Below are positions 12,148-22,619 of a stretch of DNA of 64,000 nt, in pieces. The stretch is from Bacteroidota bacterium (lineage in GTDB: Bacteria; Bacteroidota; Bacteroidia; Flavobacteriales; BACL11), in contig JAYZXD010000040.1 in the NCBI GenBank assembly GCA_036141595.1, forward strand, positions 3,552 through 67,551, written 5' to 3'. Both the position numbers and the translations under genes were made by a program. Each line of letters begins with the position of its first letter. The stretch's first letter is position 1. The notes under the pieces were generated by a model, which did not search any database, was not told the origin of the DNA, and was given only the letters and a program-made list of their open reading frames with translations.

Positions 12148-12852
12148 TTATTTTACAAGGGTACCAACATTATCTCCTTTACAAACCTTATAAAGATTGC
12201 TTTTAGGTTTCATATTAAATACTCTAATTGGTAATTTGTTTTCTTGACAAAGTGTAAATGCGGTTAAATCCATAACATTCAATTTTTTTTTAATTACTTC
12301 ATCAAAGTTAATTTCATTAAACATTTTAGCATGTATATCTTTTTCTGGATCAGCAGAGTAAATCCCATCCACTCTAGTGCCTTTTAAAATTATATCTGCT
12401 TCAATTTCTATTGCGCGTAATACACCAGCAGTATCTGTTGTAAAATACGGATTTCCTGTTCCACCTCCAAAAATTACAACTCTTGATTTTTGTAAATGAC
12501 GCATTGCTTTTCTTCTAATATAGGGTTCTGCAACTTGCTCCATTCTGATAGCTGTTAATAATCTAGTCTGTATATCTAAAGATTCTAATGCAGATTGTAA
12601 AGCCATTCCATTAATGATTGTTGCTAGCATACCCATATGATCTCCTTGTACCCTGTCAAATCCAGCTCCTTCTGACTGTACTCCTCTATAAATATTTCCT
12701 CCACCTATTACGATTGCAACCTCAACTCCTTTATCAACTATAGTACTTATTTCATTAGCAAAATGACTTAAAATATTAGAATCTATTCCATATCCTGAAT
12801 CACCCATTAATGATTCACCGCTAAGTTTTAAAAGTATTCTTTTATATTTCAT
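12148..12852 (-). CDS. pyrH: UMP kinase
   Basis: [28 protein letters not shown]; ATG 12852 preferred, TATCTTTG box at 12865-12872. Confidence 0.97.
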   Translation of the reverse strand: MKYKRILLKLSGESLMGDSGYGIDSNILSHFANEISTIVDKGVEVAIVIGGGNIYRGVQSEGAGFDRVQGDHMGMLATIINGMALQSALESLDIQTRLLTAIRMEQVAEPYIRRKAMRHLQKSRVVIFGGGTGNPYFTTDTAGVLRAIEIEADIILKGTRVDGIYSADPEKDIHAKMFNEINFDEVIKKKLNVMDLTAFTLCQENKLPIRVFNMKPKSNLYKVCKGDNVGTLVK

Positions 12853-12906
12853 AATAAAACTTTCCAAAGATAAAATAAATGAACCAAACTAATAAAATTA
12901 AAACAT

Positions 12907-12932
12907 AAAAAAACCACCTTAAAAAGGTGGTT
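12907..12932 (-). terminator. Rho-independent terminator after tsf
   Basis: Minus strand AACCACCT-TTTTA-AGGTGGTT hairpin running into a U7 tract. Confidence 0.8.
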
Positions 12933-12952
12933 AATTACTAAAAAAGATGAAA

Positions 12953-13921
12953 TTATCCAAGTGAGACTTTTTTAAAGTCAGAAATAGCAATCTGATCGCC
13001 ATAACTTAATATATATTCTGCAACATTCTTAGTTTCATCTTTAATAAATTTTTGATCTAACAAACACATTTCTTGATCTAATGTTGTATTGTCAGAAATA
13101 AATCTATCCATTTTACCTGGCACAATTTTATCCCAAATATGTTCAGGTTTTCCTTGATTTTTTAATTCTTCTTCTATAGTAGCTTTTGCTTTGTCTAGAA
13201 CCTCTTGTGTCAGCTGAGCTTTAGAAATAAATTGTGGTACATTTTTTAGAGTTTTGCCCAGTCTTTTTAACTCAATATTATCTTTTTCTATAGCCGCTAT
13301 TCTAGCTTCTGTTTCGGCATCAATAAATGATGAGTCTAAGTCCTTGTAAGATAGAGTAGTAGCCCCCATAGAAGCAACCTGCATAGAAATATCTTTGGAT
13401 AAAATCTCAGCGTTTTCAAAAACATTATTTATACCTACCAATACAGCAATCTTACTTCCATGTGTGTAAGAACCAACATATTTTGCCTCAAGTTTCTCAA
13501 AAGCAGAGATTTCAAGTTTTTCTCCTATAACTCCTGTTTGCTCAATTAATTTTTCAGCTACCGTCATATTTCCATAATTAGCTGCTAAGAAATCTTCTTT
13601 GTTATCAAAATTTAGAGCTATTTCAACAAAAGATTCAGCTAAAGATTTATACGAGTCATTTTTAGCAACGAAATCAGTTTCGCAAGCTAAAACAATAGCG
13701 ACTCCAGAAGTTTTATTATCATTGATTTTTACTATTGCAACACCTTCTTTTGCATCGCGATCAGCTCGCTTTGCTGCAACTTTTTGTCCTTTTTTTCTTA
13801 AAACATCAATTGCTGCATCAAAATCACCACTAGCTTCAATCAAAGCTTTTTTACAATCCATCATGCCAGCACCAGTTTGTTTTCTTAGCTTCGCTACGTC
13901 AGCTGCTTTAATACTTGTCAT
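12953..13921 (-). CDS. tsf: Elongation factor Ts (long form)
   Basis: LRKQTGAGMMDCKKAL, CETDFVAKN. Confidence 0.97.
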   Translation of the reverse strand: MTSIKAADVAKLRKQTGAGMMDCKKALIEASGDFDAAIDVLRKKGQKVAAKRADRDAKEGVAIVKINDNKTSGVAIVLACETDFVAKNDSYKSLAESFVEIALNFDNKEDFLAANYGNMTVAEKLIEQTGVIGEKLEISAFEKLEAKYVGSYTHGSKIAVLVGINNVFENAEILSKDISMQVASMGATTLSYKDLDSSFIDAETEARIAAIEKDNIELKRLGKTLKNVPQFISKAQLTQEVLDKAKATIEEELKNQGKPEHIWDKIVPGKMDRFISDNTTLDQEMCLLDQKFIKDETKNVAEYILSYGDQIAISDFKKVSLG

Positions 13922-13936
13922 ATCTTTTTGTTTAAA

Positions 13937-14692
13937 TTATATATTTTCTTCTGATATCTTTTTTGCTTTTTCTTTCTTCTCTTTATCCTTTGCAGCTTGC
14001 TCCAAACCTCTTTCATCTAAACCCTCCATAATTGCTTTTTTTATTATTGACAGAATGCAAACTATGGATTTTGATGCATCATCATTTGATGGTATAGGAA
14101 AATCTATAAGCTTAGGATTAGTATTTGTATCCGTCATAGCGAATGAACGAATACCCAAGTGATTAGCCTCTGAAACTGCAATACGTTCTTTATTAATATC
14201 TACAACAAAAATTGCTTCAGGCATTCGATTCATTTTTACAATACTACCTAAATTTAATTCAAGTTTTGCTCTTTGTCTATCAATCTGCAGTCTTTCTCTT
14301 TTGGATAACGTTGCAAATGTGCCGTCTTCCTTCATCTTATCAATTGTTTGCATCTTTTTAATTGATTTTCTTATAGTCGAAAAGTTTGTTAACAAACCTC
14401 CTGGCCACCTTTCAGTTATATATGGCATATTAAGAGATAAGGCTGTTTCTGATACAATAGACTTGGCTTGTTTTTTTGTTGCAACAAATAAAATTTTTTT
14501 TCCAGATTTTGCAATTTGTTTCAATGCAGCTGCTGCATCTTCAATCATTGCGACAGTTTTGTTTAAATCAATTATATGTATACCATTTCTTTCCATAAAT
14601 ACATATGGAGCCATTGCAGGATTATACTTTTTCTTTAGATGTCCAAAATGGACGCCTGATTCTAATAATTCTTTGAAATTTGTTCTTGACAT
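13937..14692 (-). CDS. rpsB: 30S ribosomal protein S2
   Basis: GVHFGH, RWPGGLLTNF, DTNTNP, PIPSNDD. Confidence 0.97.
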   Translation of the reverse strand: MSRTNFKELLESGVHFGHLKKKYNPAMAPYVFMERNGIHIIDLNKTVAMIEDAAAALKQIAKSGKKILFVATKKQAKSIVSETALSLNMPYITERWPGGLLTNFSTIRKSIKKMQTIDKMKEDGTFATLSKRERLQIDRQRAKLELNLGSIVKMNRMPEAIFVVDINKERIAVSEANHLGIRSFAMTDTNTNPKLIDFPIPSNDDASKSIVCILSIIKKAIMEGLDERGLEQAAKDKEKKEKAKKISEENI

Positions 14693-14769
14693 GTTTACTT
14701 TCTTTTTAAGTTAAGCAATTGCTTGGTAGAAGATTTAAAACTTGTCCAAGCAATTTAGATGCTAAACAT
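14691..14769 (-). promoter_or_regulatory. Structured rpsB leader (candidate ribosomal-protein leader)
   Basis: 10-bp perfect inverted repeat 14717-14726/14746-14755 plus outer 7-bp pairing 14763-14769/14691-14697 that includes the first two bases of the AUG. Confidence 0.5.
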
Positions 14770-14787
14770 TTGTTATTAATTTGATTT

Positions 14788-15174
14788 CTATCTTTTAACC
14801 CACTGGAACTTTTTTCTTGATTTTTTCTGCCCAGGTTTTTTACGCTCTACTACTCTAGCATCTCTTGTGAGTAAACCCTCAGATTTTAAAGAAGGTCTGT
14901 TATCAATATTTACTTCACATAATGCTCTTGAAATAGCTAAGCGAATTGCTTCAGATTGTCCTGTAGTACCTCCTCCGTTTACATTAACACTTACATCATA
15001 CTTGGCAAGGACGTCTAATAATTTAAATGGCTGCACTAATTTATATTGCATAGTATCCACTGGAAAATAATCTTTAAAATCTTTGCCATTTACCAAAATA
15101 TTTCCCTTACCTTTTGATAAATAAACTCTTGCTACAGCGGCCTTTCTTCTTCCTATTGCATGAATTGTATCCAT
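14788..15174 (-). CDS. rpsI: 30S ribosomal protein S9
   Basis: GRRKAAVARV, GGGTTGQ, LTRDARVVERKK. Confidence 0.98.
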   Translation of the reverse strand: MDTIHAIGRRKAAVARVYLSKGKGNILVNGKDFKDYFPVDTMQYKLVQPFKLLDVLAKYDVSVNVNGGGTTGQSEAIRLAISRALCEVNIDNRPSLKSEGLLTRDARVVERKKPGQKKSRKKFQWVKR

Positions 15175-15177
15175 ATT

Positions 15178-15633
15178 TTATTTTAAATCGTTTAAATTAA
15201 GTTTAGTAGGTTTTTGAGCATCATGATTATGCGTGTTTCCAGAATAAATATAACAGTTTCTTAAAATAGCAGCACCTAGCTTATTTTTTGGAAGCATACC
15301 TTTTACTGCATGCCTAACAACAGATGTTTCATCTTTGGCTAACATCTTGCTTGGTGTAATACGTTTTTGCCCACCAGGATAACCCGTATATGAAAATAGC
15401 TCTCGATTTGACATTTTTTTACCAGTCATAACTATTTTACCTGCATTAATTATTATAACATAATCTCCACAATCAGCATGAGGAGTATAATTTGTTTTAT
15501 ATTTTCCTCTAAGAACTTTTGCAACTTTAGAAGCCATTCTTCCTAATACTTGTCCATTAGCGTCAACAATGAACCATTTCTTGTCCGCATTCTCTTTGTT
15601 GGCTGATAATGTTTTATAACTTAATGTATCCAC
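15178..15633 (-). CDS. rplM: 50S ribosomal protein L13 (GTG start)
   Basis: WFIVDA, LGRMAS, YTPHADCGD, GMLPKN. Confidence 0.98.
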   Translation of the reverse strand: MDTLSYKTLSANKENADKKWFIVDANGQVLGRMASKVAKVLRGKYKTNYTPHADCGDYVIIINAGKIVMTGKKMSNRELFSYTGYPGGQKRITPSKMLAKDETSVVRHAVKGMLPKNKLGAAILRNCYIYSGNTHNHDAQKPTKLNLNDLK

Positions 15634-15661
15634 TACTTTATATTTATTTAATTAAGGGCTG

Positions 15662-15669
15662 CAAAATTA
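15662..15669 (-). promoter_or_regulatory. -7 promoter box (TAATTTTG) of the rplM-rpsI-rpsB-tsf operon
   Basis: TAnnTTTG followed by C, 28 nt upstream of the rplM start. Confidence 0.65.
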
Positions 15670-15709
15670 CACTTTTTTATTTTTCTGCAAAACTTTATTA
15701 TTTATTATT

Positions 15710-16897
15710 CTAAATTACATTTAAATTTTTACCAACCTTTACAAAAGCATTAACTGCTAAATCTAATTCTTTTCTAGAATGTGCTGCTGAAATTTGAACT
15801 CTTATACGTGCTAGATCTTTGGGAACTACAGGAAAGAAAAAGCCAATTACATAAATTCCTTCTTCAAGCAATTTATCTGCCATAATTTGAGATAGTTTTG
15901 CGTCATATAGCATTACAGGAACTATAGCATGTGAGCCTTTCTTGATATCAAAACCTGCTTCTATCATTTTATTTCGAAAGTAGCTTGTGTTTTCTTGCAG
16001 CCTATTTATCAAAGATTTATCATCACTTAATAAATCGATTACTTTAATCGCGGCTCCAACGATAGATGGTGCTAATGAATTAGAAAACAAATATGGACGA
16101 GACCTTTGTCTCAACATATCTATAATTTCTTTTTTTCCTGAAGTAAAACCTCCCATAGCTCCACCTAAGGCTTTACCTAAAGTTGATGTTATAATGTCTA
16201 CTCTACCCATCACATTACAATATTCGTGAGTTCCACGTCCATTTTTTCCCACAAATCCTGTAGCGTGACAATCATCAACCATAACAATCGCATCATATTT
16301 TTCAGCTAAATCACATATTTTATCTAGTTGCGCGATTGTTCCGTCCATAGAGAAAACACCATCAGTAACAATTAGCCTGTTTCTGTACTTTTGTGCGCTG
16401 GCTAATTGATGTTCTAAATCATTAATATTATTGTTCTCATATCTAAAACGAGCTGCTTTACATAAACGAACACCATCGATAATAGATGCATGGTTTAAAG
16501 AATCCGAAATAATTGCATCTTCCTTAGTTAAAAGTGGTTCAAATATACCTCCATTTGCATCAAAAGCTGCAGCATACAATATAGTATCCTCCATACCTAA
16601 AAATTTTGAAATTTTTTGTTCTAAATTCTTATGAATATCTTGTGTACCACATATAAAACGAACTGAAGACATCCCAAATCCATGAGTATCTAAGGTATCT
16701 TTAGCTGCCTTAACAACTTCTGGATGAGAAGATAATCCTAAATAATTATTAGCACAAAAATTCAATACTTTTTGTCCACTACTAACACGAATACTTGATC
16801 CTTGTGGAGAAGAAATTATTCTTTCTTTTTTGAATAATCCTGCATCTCTAATTTTTGTTAACTCTTTTTGTATTTGTTCATTAAATTTTACTAGCAT
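15710..16897 (-). CDS. kbl: Glycine C-acetyltransferase (2-amino-3-ketobutyrate CoA ligase)
   Basis: [41 protein letters not shown]. Confidence 0.96.
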   Translation of the reverse strand: MLVKFNEQIQKELTKIRDAGLFKKERIISSPQGSSIRVSSGQKVLNFCANNYLGLSSHPEVVKAAKDTLDTHGFGMSSVRFICGTQDIHKNLEQKISKFLGMEDTILYAAAFDANGGIFEPLLTKEDAIISDSLNHASIIDGVRLCKAARFRYENNNINDLEHQLASAQKYRNRLIVTDGVFSMDGTIAQLDKICDLAEKYDAIVMVDDCHATGFVGKNGRGTHEYCNVMGRVDIITSTLGKALGGAMGGFTSGKKEIIDMLRQRSRPYLFSNSLAPSIVGAAIKVIDLLSDDKSLINRLQENTSYFRNKMIEAGFDIKKGSHAIVPVMLYDAKLSQIMADKLLEEGIYVIGFFFPVVPKDLARIRVQISAAHSRKELDLAVNAFVKVGKNLNVI

Positions 16898-16929
16898 AAG
16901 TTTATTTTTAGAATGTAAAAATACAAAAT

Positions 16930-16958
16930 AAAAAAGGAGACAAATGCCTCCTTTTTTT
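16930..16958 (-). terminator. Rho-independent terminator after gdhA
   Basis: Minus strand GGAGGC-ATTT-GTCTCC (one G-U pair) followed by U6; A/T runs on both sides. Confidence 0.75.
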
Positions 16959-17000
16959 ATAATCTAATGATTTAGAGAAAAATTTAACTAACCTAAATTA

Positions 17001-18335
17001 CTATACCAGACCTTGATCTAACATAGCGTCTGCAACTTTTACAAATCCTGCAATATTTGCTCCTTTAACATAGTCAATATAATCACCATTTTTACCATAT
17101 TCAACGCATGAGTTATGAATATCTTTCATAATTTGCTTTAATTTTGCATCTACCTCTTTACTAGTCCAACTCATTCTAAGTGAATTTTGACTCATTTCTA
17201 AACCTGATGTTGCAACCCCACCTGCATTAGCCGCTTTTCCAGGAGCAAATAAAATTTTAGCTTTCTGAAAAACTTCTATGGCCTCAGGGGTTGAAGGCAT
17301 GTTTGCCCCTTCTGAAACTAAAATACAACCATTATTTATTAATTGTATTGCTTCATCACGATTCAACTCGTTTTGAGTTGCACAAGGAAATGCAATATCA
17401 CAGTTAACAGACCATGGTCTACCTTCTTGAAAGTCACATCCAAATTTATCAGCGTACTCTTTAATCCTTCCTCTTCTAGTGTTTTTTAAATCCATAATAA
17501 AAGAAAGCTTTTCTGCATCAATACCACTTGGATCATATATAAAGCCTGATGAATCTGATAATGCAACTACTTTTGCACCTAAATCAGTGGCTTTTTGACA
17601 AGCATATTGCGCAACATTTCCAGAGCCAGAAATAACAACAGTCTTGTTAGCTAAAGAATCATTTCTTGTCTCTAGCATATTTTGAGCAAAATATACTGTT
17701 CCATACCCTGTTGCTTCTGGACGAATTAGTGAGCCTCCCCATGTAATTCCTTTTCCAGTTAGCACGCCAGTAAATTCATTTCTTATTCTCTTATACTGAC
17801 CAAACATGAAGCCTATTTCTCTTTTTCCCACACCAATATCACCAGCTGGAACATCTGTATTTGGCCCTATATGACGAAACAATTCAGTCATGTAAGATTG
17901 ACAAAAACTCATCACCTCATTATCAGACTTACCCTTTGGATCAAAATCGGCACCTCCTTTTCCTCCACCCATTGGCAGTGTGGTAAGAGAATTTTTAAAT
18001 ACTTGCTCAAATCCTAAAAATTTTAAAATAGACAAGTTCACTGTTGGGTGAAATCTAAGACCGCCCTTATATGGGCCTATTGCAGAATTAAATTCAACTC
18101 TATAGCCTCTGTTAACTTGAGTTTTTCCATTATCATCTAGCCATGGGACTCTAAACATTATAACTCTTTCAGGCTCAATCATTCTTTCTAACAACATTTT
18201 ATTATTGTATTTAGAACGATCTTGAATGAACGGAATAACTGCTTCAGCAACTTCTTCTACAGCTTGCAAAAACTCTTTTTCATTTGGATTCTTGCTTTTT
18301 ACTTCATTAATAAAATCATGGATGTATTTTTCCAT
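17001..18335 (-). CDS. gdhA: NADP-specific glutamate dehydrogenase
   Basis: [38 protein letters not shown]; ATG 18335 preferred. Confidence 0.96.
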   Translation of the reverse strand: MEKYIHDFINEVKSKNPNEKEFLQAVEEVAEAVIPFIQDRSKYNNKMLLERMIEPERVIMFRVPWLDDNGKTQVNRGYRVEFNSAIGPYKGGLRFHPTVNLSILKFLGFEQVFKNSLTTLPMGGGKGGADFDPKGKSDNEVMSFCQSYMTELFRHIGPNTDVPAGDIGVGKREIGFMFGQYKRIRNEFTGVLTGKGITWGGSLIRPEATGYGTVYFAQNMLETRNDSLANKTVVISGSGNVAQYACQKATDLGAKVVALSDSSGFIYDPSGIDAEKLSFIMDLKNTRRGRIKEYADKFGCDFQEGRPWSVNCDIAFPCATQNELNRDEAIQLINNGCILVSEGANMPSTPEAIEVFQKAKILFAPGKAANAGGVATSGLEMSQNSLRMSWTSKEVDAKLKQIMKDIHNSCVEYGKNGDYIDYVKGANIAGFVKVADAMLDQGLV

Positions 18336-18502
18336 TTTATTTATATTTAAGTTAATGTGTTTAAAATTAAATTTGGACAAATGTAATTTTTTTTTTAATT
18401 AATGCGGAGTTTATATAAAAATCTTGTCTACATATTTTAAATAAAAAAAAGTGAATGATTTTTAAAATGAAAATACAAATAAAAAAGTATCATTCAAATT
18501 TT

Positions 18503-18510
18503 TATATTTG
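18503..18510 (+). promoter_or_regulatory. -7 promoter box (TATATTTG) for TBDR-kdsB
   Basis: TAnnTTTG followed by C, 23 nt upstream of ATG 18534. Confidence 0.6.
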
Positions 18511-18533
18511 CTCCAACTTATCATTAACTTTTT

Positions 18534-20915
18534 ATGAACAAAATTTGTAGCTTATTAATCTTAATTTTTCTTAACAGCCAACTTTTGAACGCCCAAATAA
18601 TTAACGGAAAAATAACTGATCTTAATACTAAAGAGTCTTTAATAGGTGTTAATATTATATCAGAAGAAGGCTCAGGAACCGCAAGTGATATTGATGGAGA
18701 ATATCAGTTAAAGTTAACTGAAGGAAATCAAAAAATTACTTTTAAATATATTGGATATGAAGAAATTACTAAAACATTTAATATAGCGAAAAATGAAATT
18801 CTTAATTTAAATATTGCTCTTTCTTCAACTTCTGAGGAGTTAAATACTATTGTTGTTTCTGCAGGAAGATTTGAACAAAAAATTGAAGAAATCACAGTTT
18901 CAATGGAAGTAATAAAACCATCACTTATAGAAAACAAAAACACAACTGATATTCAAACTGTTATGGATCAAATTCCTGGCGTAAATATCACAGATGGCCA
19001 GGCAAATATTAGGGGTGGAAGCGGGTGGAGCTTTGGAGCTGGAACTAGAGTTTTGGTATTAGTAGATGATATGCCTCTTATTTCTGGAGATGCTGGTCAA
19101 GTACAATGGAAACTGATTGCAACAGAAAATATTAACCAGGTTGAAGTTATTAAAGGAGCTTCTTCTGCTCTTTATGGGTCTTCTGCTTTGAATGGAGTTA
19201 TAAATATTAGAACCGCCTTTCCCAGCCAAAATGATATTGATAAAAATAAATTTCCTGGATATACAAAAATAAATACTCATTTTGGTTTAATTGATAAACC
19301 AAAAAGAGAGGAGCTAAACTGGAATGGAGATAAAAGAAGAGCGTTTAAAGGAATAGAATTTTTACATGCTATGAAGATCAGTTCTTTAGACCTCTCTTTA
19401 GGAGGAAACATATTTTTAGACGATGGGTTTAGGCAAGGAGAGGTAACAGATAGAAAAAGATTTAATATCAATTCTACATATAAAAGCAAAAAAATTAATG
19501 GGTTGTCGTATGGTTTAAACGCAAACTTTTTGTTCCAAACAACTGGATCTGCAATAATTTGGGATAGTTACGATAGAGCTTATATTCCTCTAAACAATGA
19601 AATCACCACAACAGCTGGAGACACGTACAATATAGACCCATTTATTATATATATGTCCGGTAACAATAGGCATTCGTTAAGAACAAGATATTTAAAAGTT
19701 ATTAATGATAACAGTACAAAAGGAAGAGATAATGAACAAGACAATAAATCCGAAACATATTATACAGATTATCAATGGCAAAAAAATATTGAGAAATATA
19801 ATATTCGTATTACCTCTGGAACTACAAATGAAATAGTCTATGCAAAAGCTAACTTATTTAATGGAAAAAATACAAGAACAAATAATTCAATTTATACACA
19901 ATTTGATAAAAAAATTGGAAAATTTAACTTATCATTTGGAGCTAGATATGAACAATTTACAATTAAATCAGATAAAAAATATGTAATTAACGGCGATTCA
20001 ATTAATAAATTTTCAGCAGGCAAACCAGTTTTTAGAACCGGTGTTAATTACCAAGCTGCAGAAGCAACATTCGTTAGATCTTCTTGGGGCCAAGGATTTC
20101 GTTTTCCCTCAATGGCAGAGTTGTTTATTAGCGCTAACCAAGGAGGCCTAGAAATTTATCCAAATCCTGATTTAAAGCCAGAAAAAGGATGGAGTGCGGA
20201 ATTAGGTATAAAGCAGGGAATAAAATATGGTAAATGGGTTGGGTTTATTGATATCGCAGGCTTTTTAATGCAATATGACGATATGATGGAATTTACTTTT
20301 AATCAATGGGGAGATCCCTCAACTGCTCCATTACTTGGTCTTGGCTTTAAAGCTGTAAATAGTGGAAACACTCAAATCAACGGCTTAGAAATTAGTATAA
20401 ACGGTCAAGGTAAAATAAATAAAAATTTATCGCTTAATATTCTTGCAGGATATACTTACATGGATCATTTTTCACTTGATCCTGACAAAATATACGCATA
20501 TGCAGGGGACAATCAAGGAGTAAGCTACACCAACAGTAGTTCAGATCCTACCGTATTAAAATACAGATATAAACATATAGCAAAATTTGATACAGAAATT
20601 ACATACAAAAAAGTGTCGTTTGCAGCGAGCTATAGATATAATGACTTTATGAGCAACATTGACTACATTTTTACTACTCCGTTGGTAAACGAAGGAATTC
20701 CTGGAATTTTTGAAGGAATTCCTGGAATTAATGAATCAAGAGAAAATGCCAAAGATGGTGACTATGTAATAGACACTAGATTGGGATGGCAGATGAATGA
20801 CGCTTTTAGATTTGGCTTTGTAGTTAATAATATTTTAAACAGAGAATACATGACAAGACCTGCTACCATGATGTCCCCAAGAACATTTGCTGTACAATGT
20901 AATATCAAAATCTGA
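18534..20915 (+). CDS. TonB-dependent receptor (N-terminal CarboxypepD_reg-like domain, plug, barrel), substrate unknown
   Basis: Signal peptide, INGKITD..TKESLIGVNI, plug VEVIKGASSALYGSSALNGVINI, NPDLKPEKG. Confidence 0.92.
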   Translation: MNKICSLLILIFLNSQLLNAQIINGKITDLNTKESLIGVNIISEEGSGTASDIDGEYQLKLTEGNQKITFKYIGYEEITKTFNIAKNEILNLNIALSSTSEELNTIVVSAGRFEQKIEEITVSMEVIKPSLIENKNTTDIQTVMDQIPGVNITDGQANIRGGSGWSFGAGTRVLVLVDDMPLISGDAGQVQWKLIATENINQVEVIKGASSALYGSSALNGVINIRTAFPSQNDIDKNKFPGYTKINTHFGLIDKPKREELNWNGDKRRAFKGIEFLHAMKISSLDLSLGGNIFLDDGFRQGEVTDRKRFNINSTYKSKKINGLSYGLNANFLFQTTGSAIIWDSYDRAYIPLNNEITTTAGDTYNIDPFIIYMSGNNRHSLRTRYLKVINDNSTKGRDNEQDNKSETYYTDYQWQKNIEKYNIRITSGTTNEIVYAKANLFNGKNTRTNNSIYTQFDKKIGKFNLSFGARYEQFTIKSDKKYVINGDSINKFSAGKPVFRTGVNYQAAEATFVRSSWGQGFRFPSMAELFISANQGGLEIYPNPDLKPEKGWSAELGIKQGIKYGKWVGFIDIAGFLMQYDDMMEFTFNQWGDPSTAPLLGLGFKAVNSGNTQINGLEISINGQGKINKNLSLNILAGYTYMDHFSLDPDKIYAYAGDNQGVSYTNSSSDPTVLKYRYKHIAKFDTEITYKKVSFAASYRYNDFMSNIDYIFTTPLVNEGIPGIFEGIPGINESRENAKDGDYVIDTRLGWQMNDAFRFGFVVNNILNREYMTRPATMMSPRTFAVQCNIKI

Positions 20916-21613
20916 TGAAGGTTGTTGGAATTATTCCCGCTAGATATAGTTCAACTAGATTTCCTGGTAAACCTTTAGCAGTTATTAAAGACAAAAGCAT
21001 GATTCAACGGGTATATGAACAATGTAAAAAATCTAAAGAATTATCCGAGGTTATTGTGGCTACTGATGATCAAAGAATATTTAATCATGTCAAATCATTT
21101 TCGGGAAAAGTAGTTATGACAAATAAAAATCACCTTACAGGAACTGAAAGATGTAATGAGGCGGTGAAAAACATGAAAATTAATGCTGAAATTATTTTAA
21201 ATATACAGGGAGATGAGCCATTCATTAATCCAAATCAAATCAAAGAGCTTATTAAATTATTTAAAAATGAAAATACTGAAATTGGAACTTTAGCAAAAAA
21301 AATTACAGCTAATGAATTTTTAAATAATCCAAATAACCCAAAAGCAATTTTTGATAAGAATGGAAATGCTATCAATTTTTGTAGAAATATTAAAAATCCT
21401 GAAAAAAATACTATTTACTATAAACATATTGGAATATATGGCTACAGGATGGAAATACTAAATAAAATATGTGAACTAAAAGAAACTGATAATGAAAGAG
21501 AAGAAAAATTAGAGCAACTTAGATGGCTGGATAATAATTATAAAATAAAAATAGGTATTACTTCATATGAATCTCTATCAATTGACACTCCGGAGGATAT
21601 TCTAAGAATTTAA
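20915..21613 (+). CDS. kdsB: 3-deoxy-manno-octulosonate cytidylyltransferase
   Basis: IIPARYSSTRFPGKPL, NIQGDEP, HIGIYGY, EKLEQLRWL; TGATG overlap with TBDR. Confidence 0.96.
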   Translation: MKVVGIIPARYSSTRFPGKPLAVIKDKSMIQRVYEQCKKSKELSEVIVATDDQRIFNHVKSFSGKVVMTNKNHLTGTERCNEAVKNMKINAEIILNIQGDEPFINPNQIKELIKLFKNENTEIGTLAKKITANEFLNNPNNPKAIFDKNGNAINFCRNIKNPEKNTIYYKHIGIYGYRMEILNKICELKETDNEREEKLEQLRWLDNNYKIKIGITSYESLSIDTPEDILRI

Positions 21614-21646
21614 TGTAAAATAAGATAAAATGATTAATTTAGCAAT

Positions 21647-22615
21647 ATGAAAAAAAGTGTTTCTCAATATATTTCAGACCTTCTTTATACTAATGATTGT
21701 GTGATTGTTCCAAATTTTGGAGGTTTTGTAGGTAACAGAAAATCAGCAGAATTGAATAAAAAAACTGGTTCTTTGAGACCTCCTTCAAAACAAATTTTAT
21801 TTAACAGGAACTTAACAACTAATGACGGATTGTTATTTAGTTACATAGCACAAAAGGAAGTAATCTCTCAAGAAGAAGCAAAATTAAAAGTAGACGATTT
21901 TGTAATCGAATGCAACAACAAACTTGATACCACAAAAGTATTGAGAATAGCAAAAGTTGGTTTATTTACTGTAGCTCAAGAAGGAAATATCATCTTTGTT
22001 CAAGATAACTCAATCAACTATTACATTGGTTGCTATGGTATGAAGCCTACATATAACAAATCAATAGTTCGGAAAGAAGAATTTAACATAGCCTCAGAAA
22101 CAAACATAAAGTTTTTAACTCCTAACAAGCAAAAACCTAAAACTTTCTTAAGAGCTGCAGCAATAATTATTCCTTTAGTAGCTCTTTCGTATATTAGTTT
22201 GACTCAAGAAGAAAAAATTCTTGATGTATACAAAGAAATGGCAAGTCTAAATCTATTTAGTAATTCTGAAACAGTTAGTGAGCCTAAAAAAGGTAGTGAA
22301 AAAGGTACTGATAAAACAAACTACAATATTAGTTCTGATAACCAAGAAATGTATCTTGAAGATTTAGAAAATGAGAAAATATTGCCCAAGGTAAATGATC
22401 AAACCTTTTATTTAGTAGCAGGTGCTTTTGCGAAAAGAAAGAATGCTAACAAAATGTATGAAAAACTTAAAGGTTGGAACTACGACCCTCAGGTACTTGA
22501 GAGTGGTCAACTATTAAGAGTTACTTATAGCTCATTTAATAATAGAGAAGAAGCTATTTTAGCACTTGCCAAAATCAGAGAAGATAACCCGAGCGCTTGG
22601 ATGCTTACAGAATAA
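21647..22615 (+). CDS. HU/CCDC81-like domain + TM + SPOR domain protein
   Basis: ISDLLYTNDCVIVPNFGGF N-terminus, one TM segment, C-terminal FYLVAGAF...NA...AWML SPOR-like domain. Confidence 0.8.
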   Translation: MKKSVSQYISDLLYTNDCVIVPNFGGFVGNRKSAELNKKTGSLRPPSKQILFNRNLTTNDGLLFSYIAQKEVISQEEAKLKVDDFVIECNNKLDTTKVLRIAKVGLFTVAQEGNIIFVQDNSINYYIGCYGMKPTYNKSIVRKEEFNIASETNIKFLTPNKQKPKTFLRAAAIIIPLVALSYISLTQEEKILDVYKEMASLNLFSNSETVSEPKKGSEKGTDKTNYNISSDNQEMYLEDLENEKILPKVNDQTFYLVAGAFAKRKNANKMYEKLKGWNYDPQVLESGQLLRVTYSSFNNREEAILALAKIREDNPSAWMLTE

Positions 22616-22619
22616 TAAT

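Noticed and set aside
13599-14714. Long plus-strand ORFs 13599..14162 and 14301..14714
   Set aside because: Antisense to tsf and rpsB, with the Ser/Phe/Ile-rich composition typical of reverse-frame shadows
20691-20729. Short tandem duplication in the TBDR gene (EGIPGIF-EGIPGI)
   Set aside because: Two copies with a 21-nt period in a probable surface loop; ordinary micro-duplication
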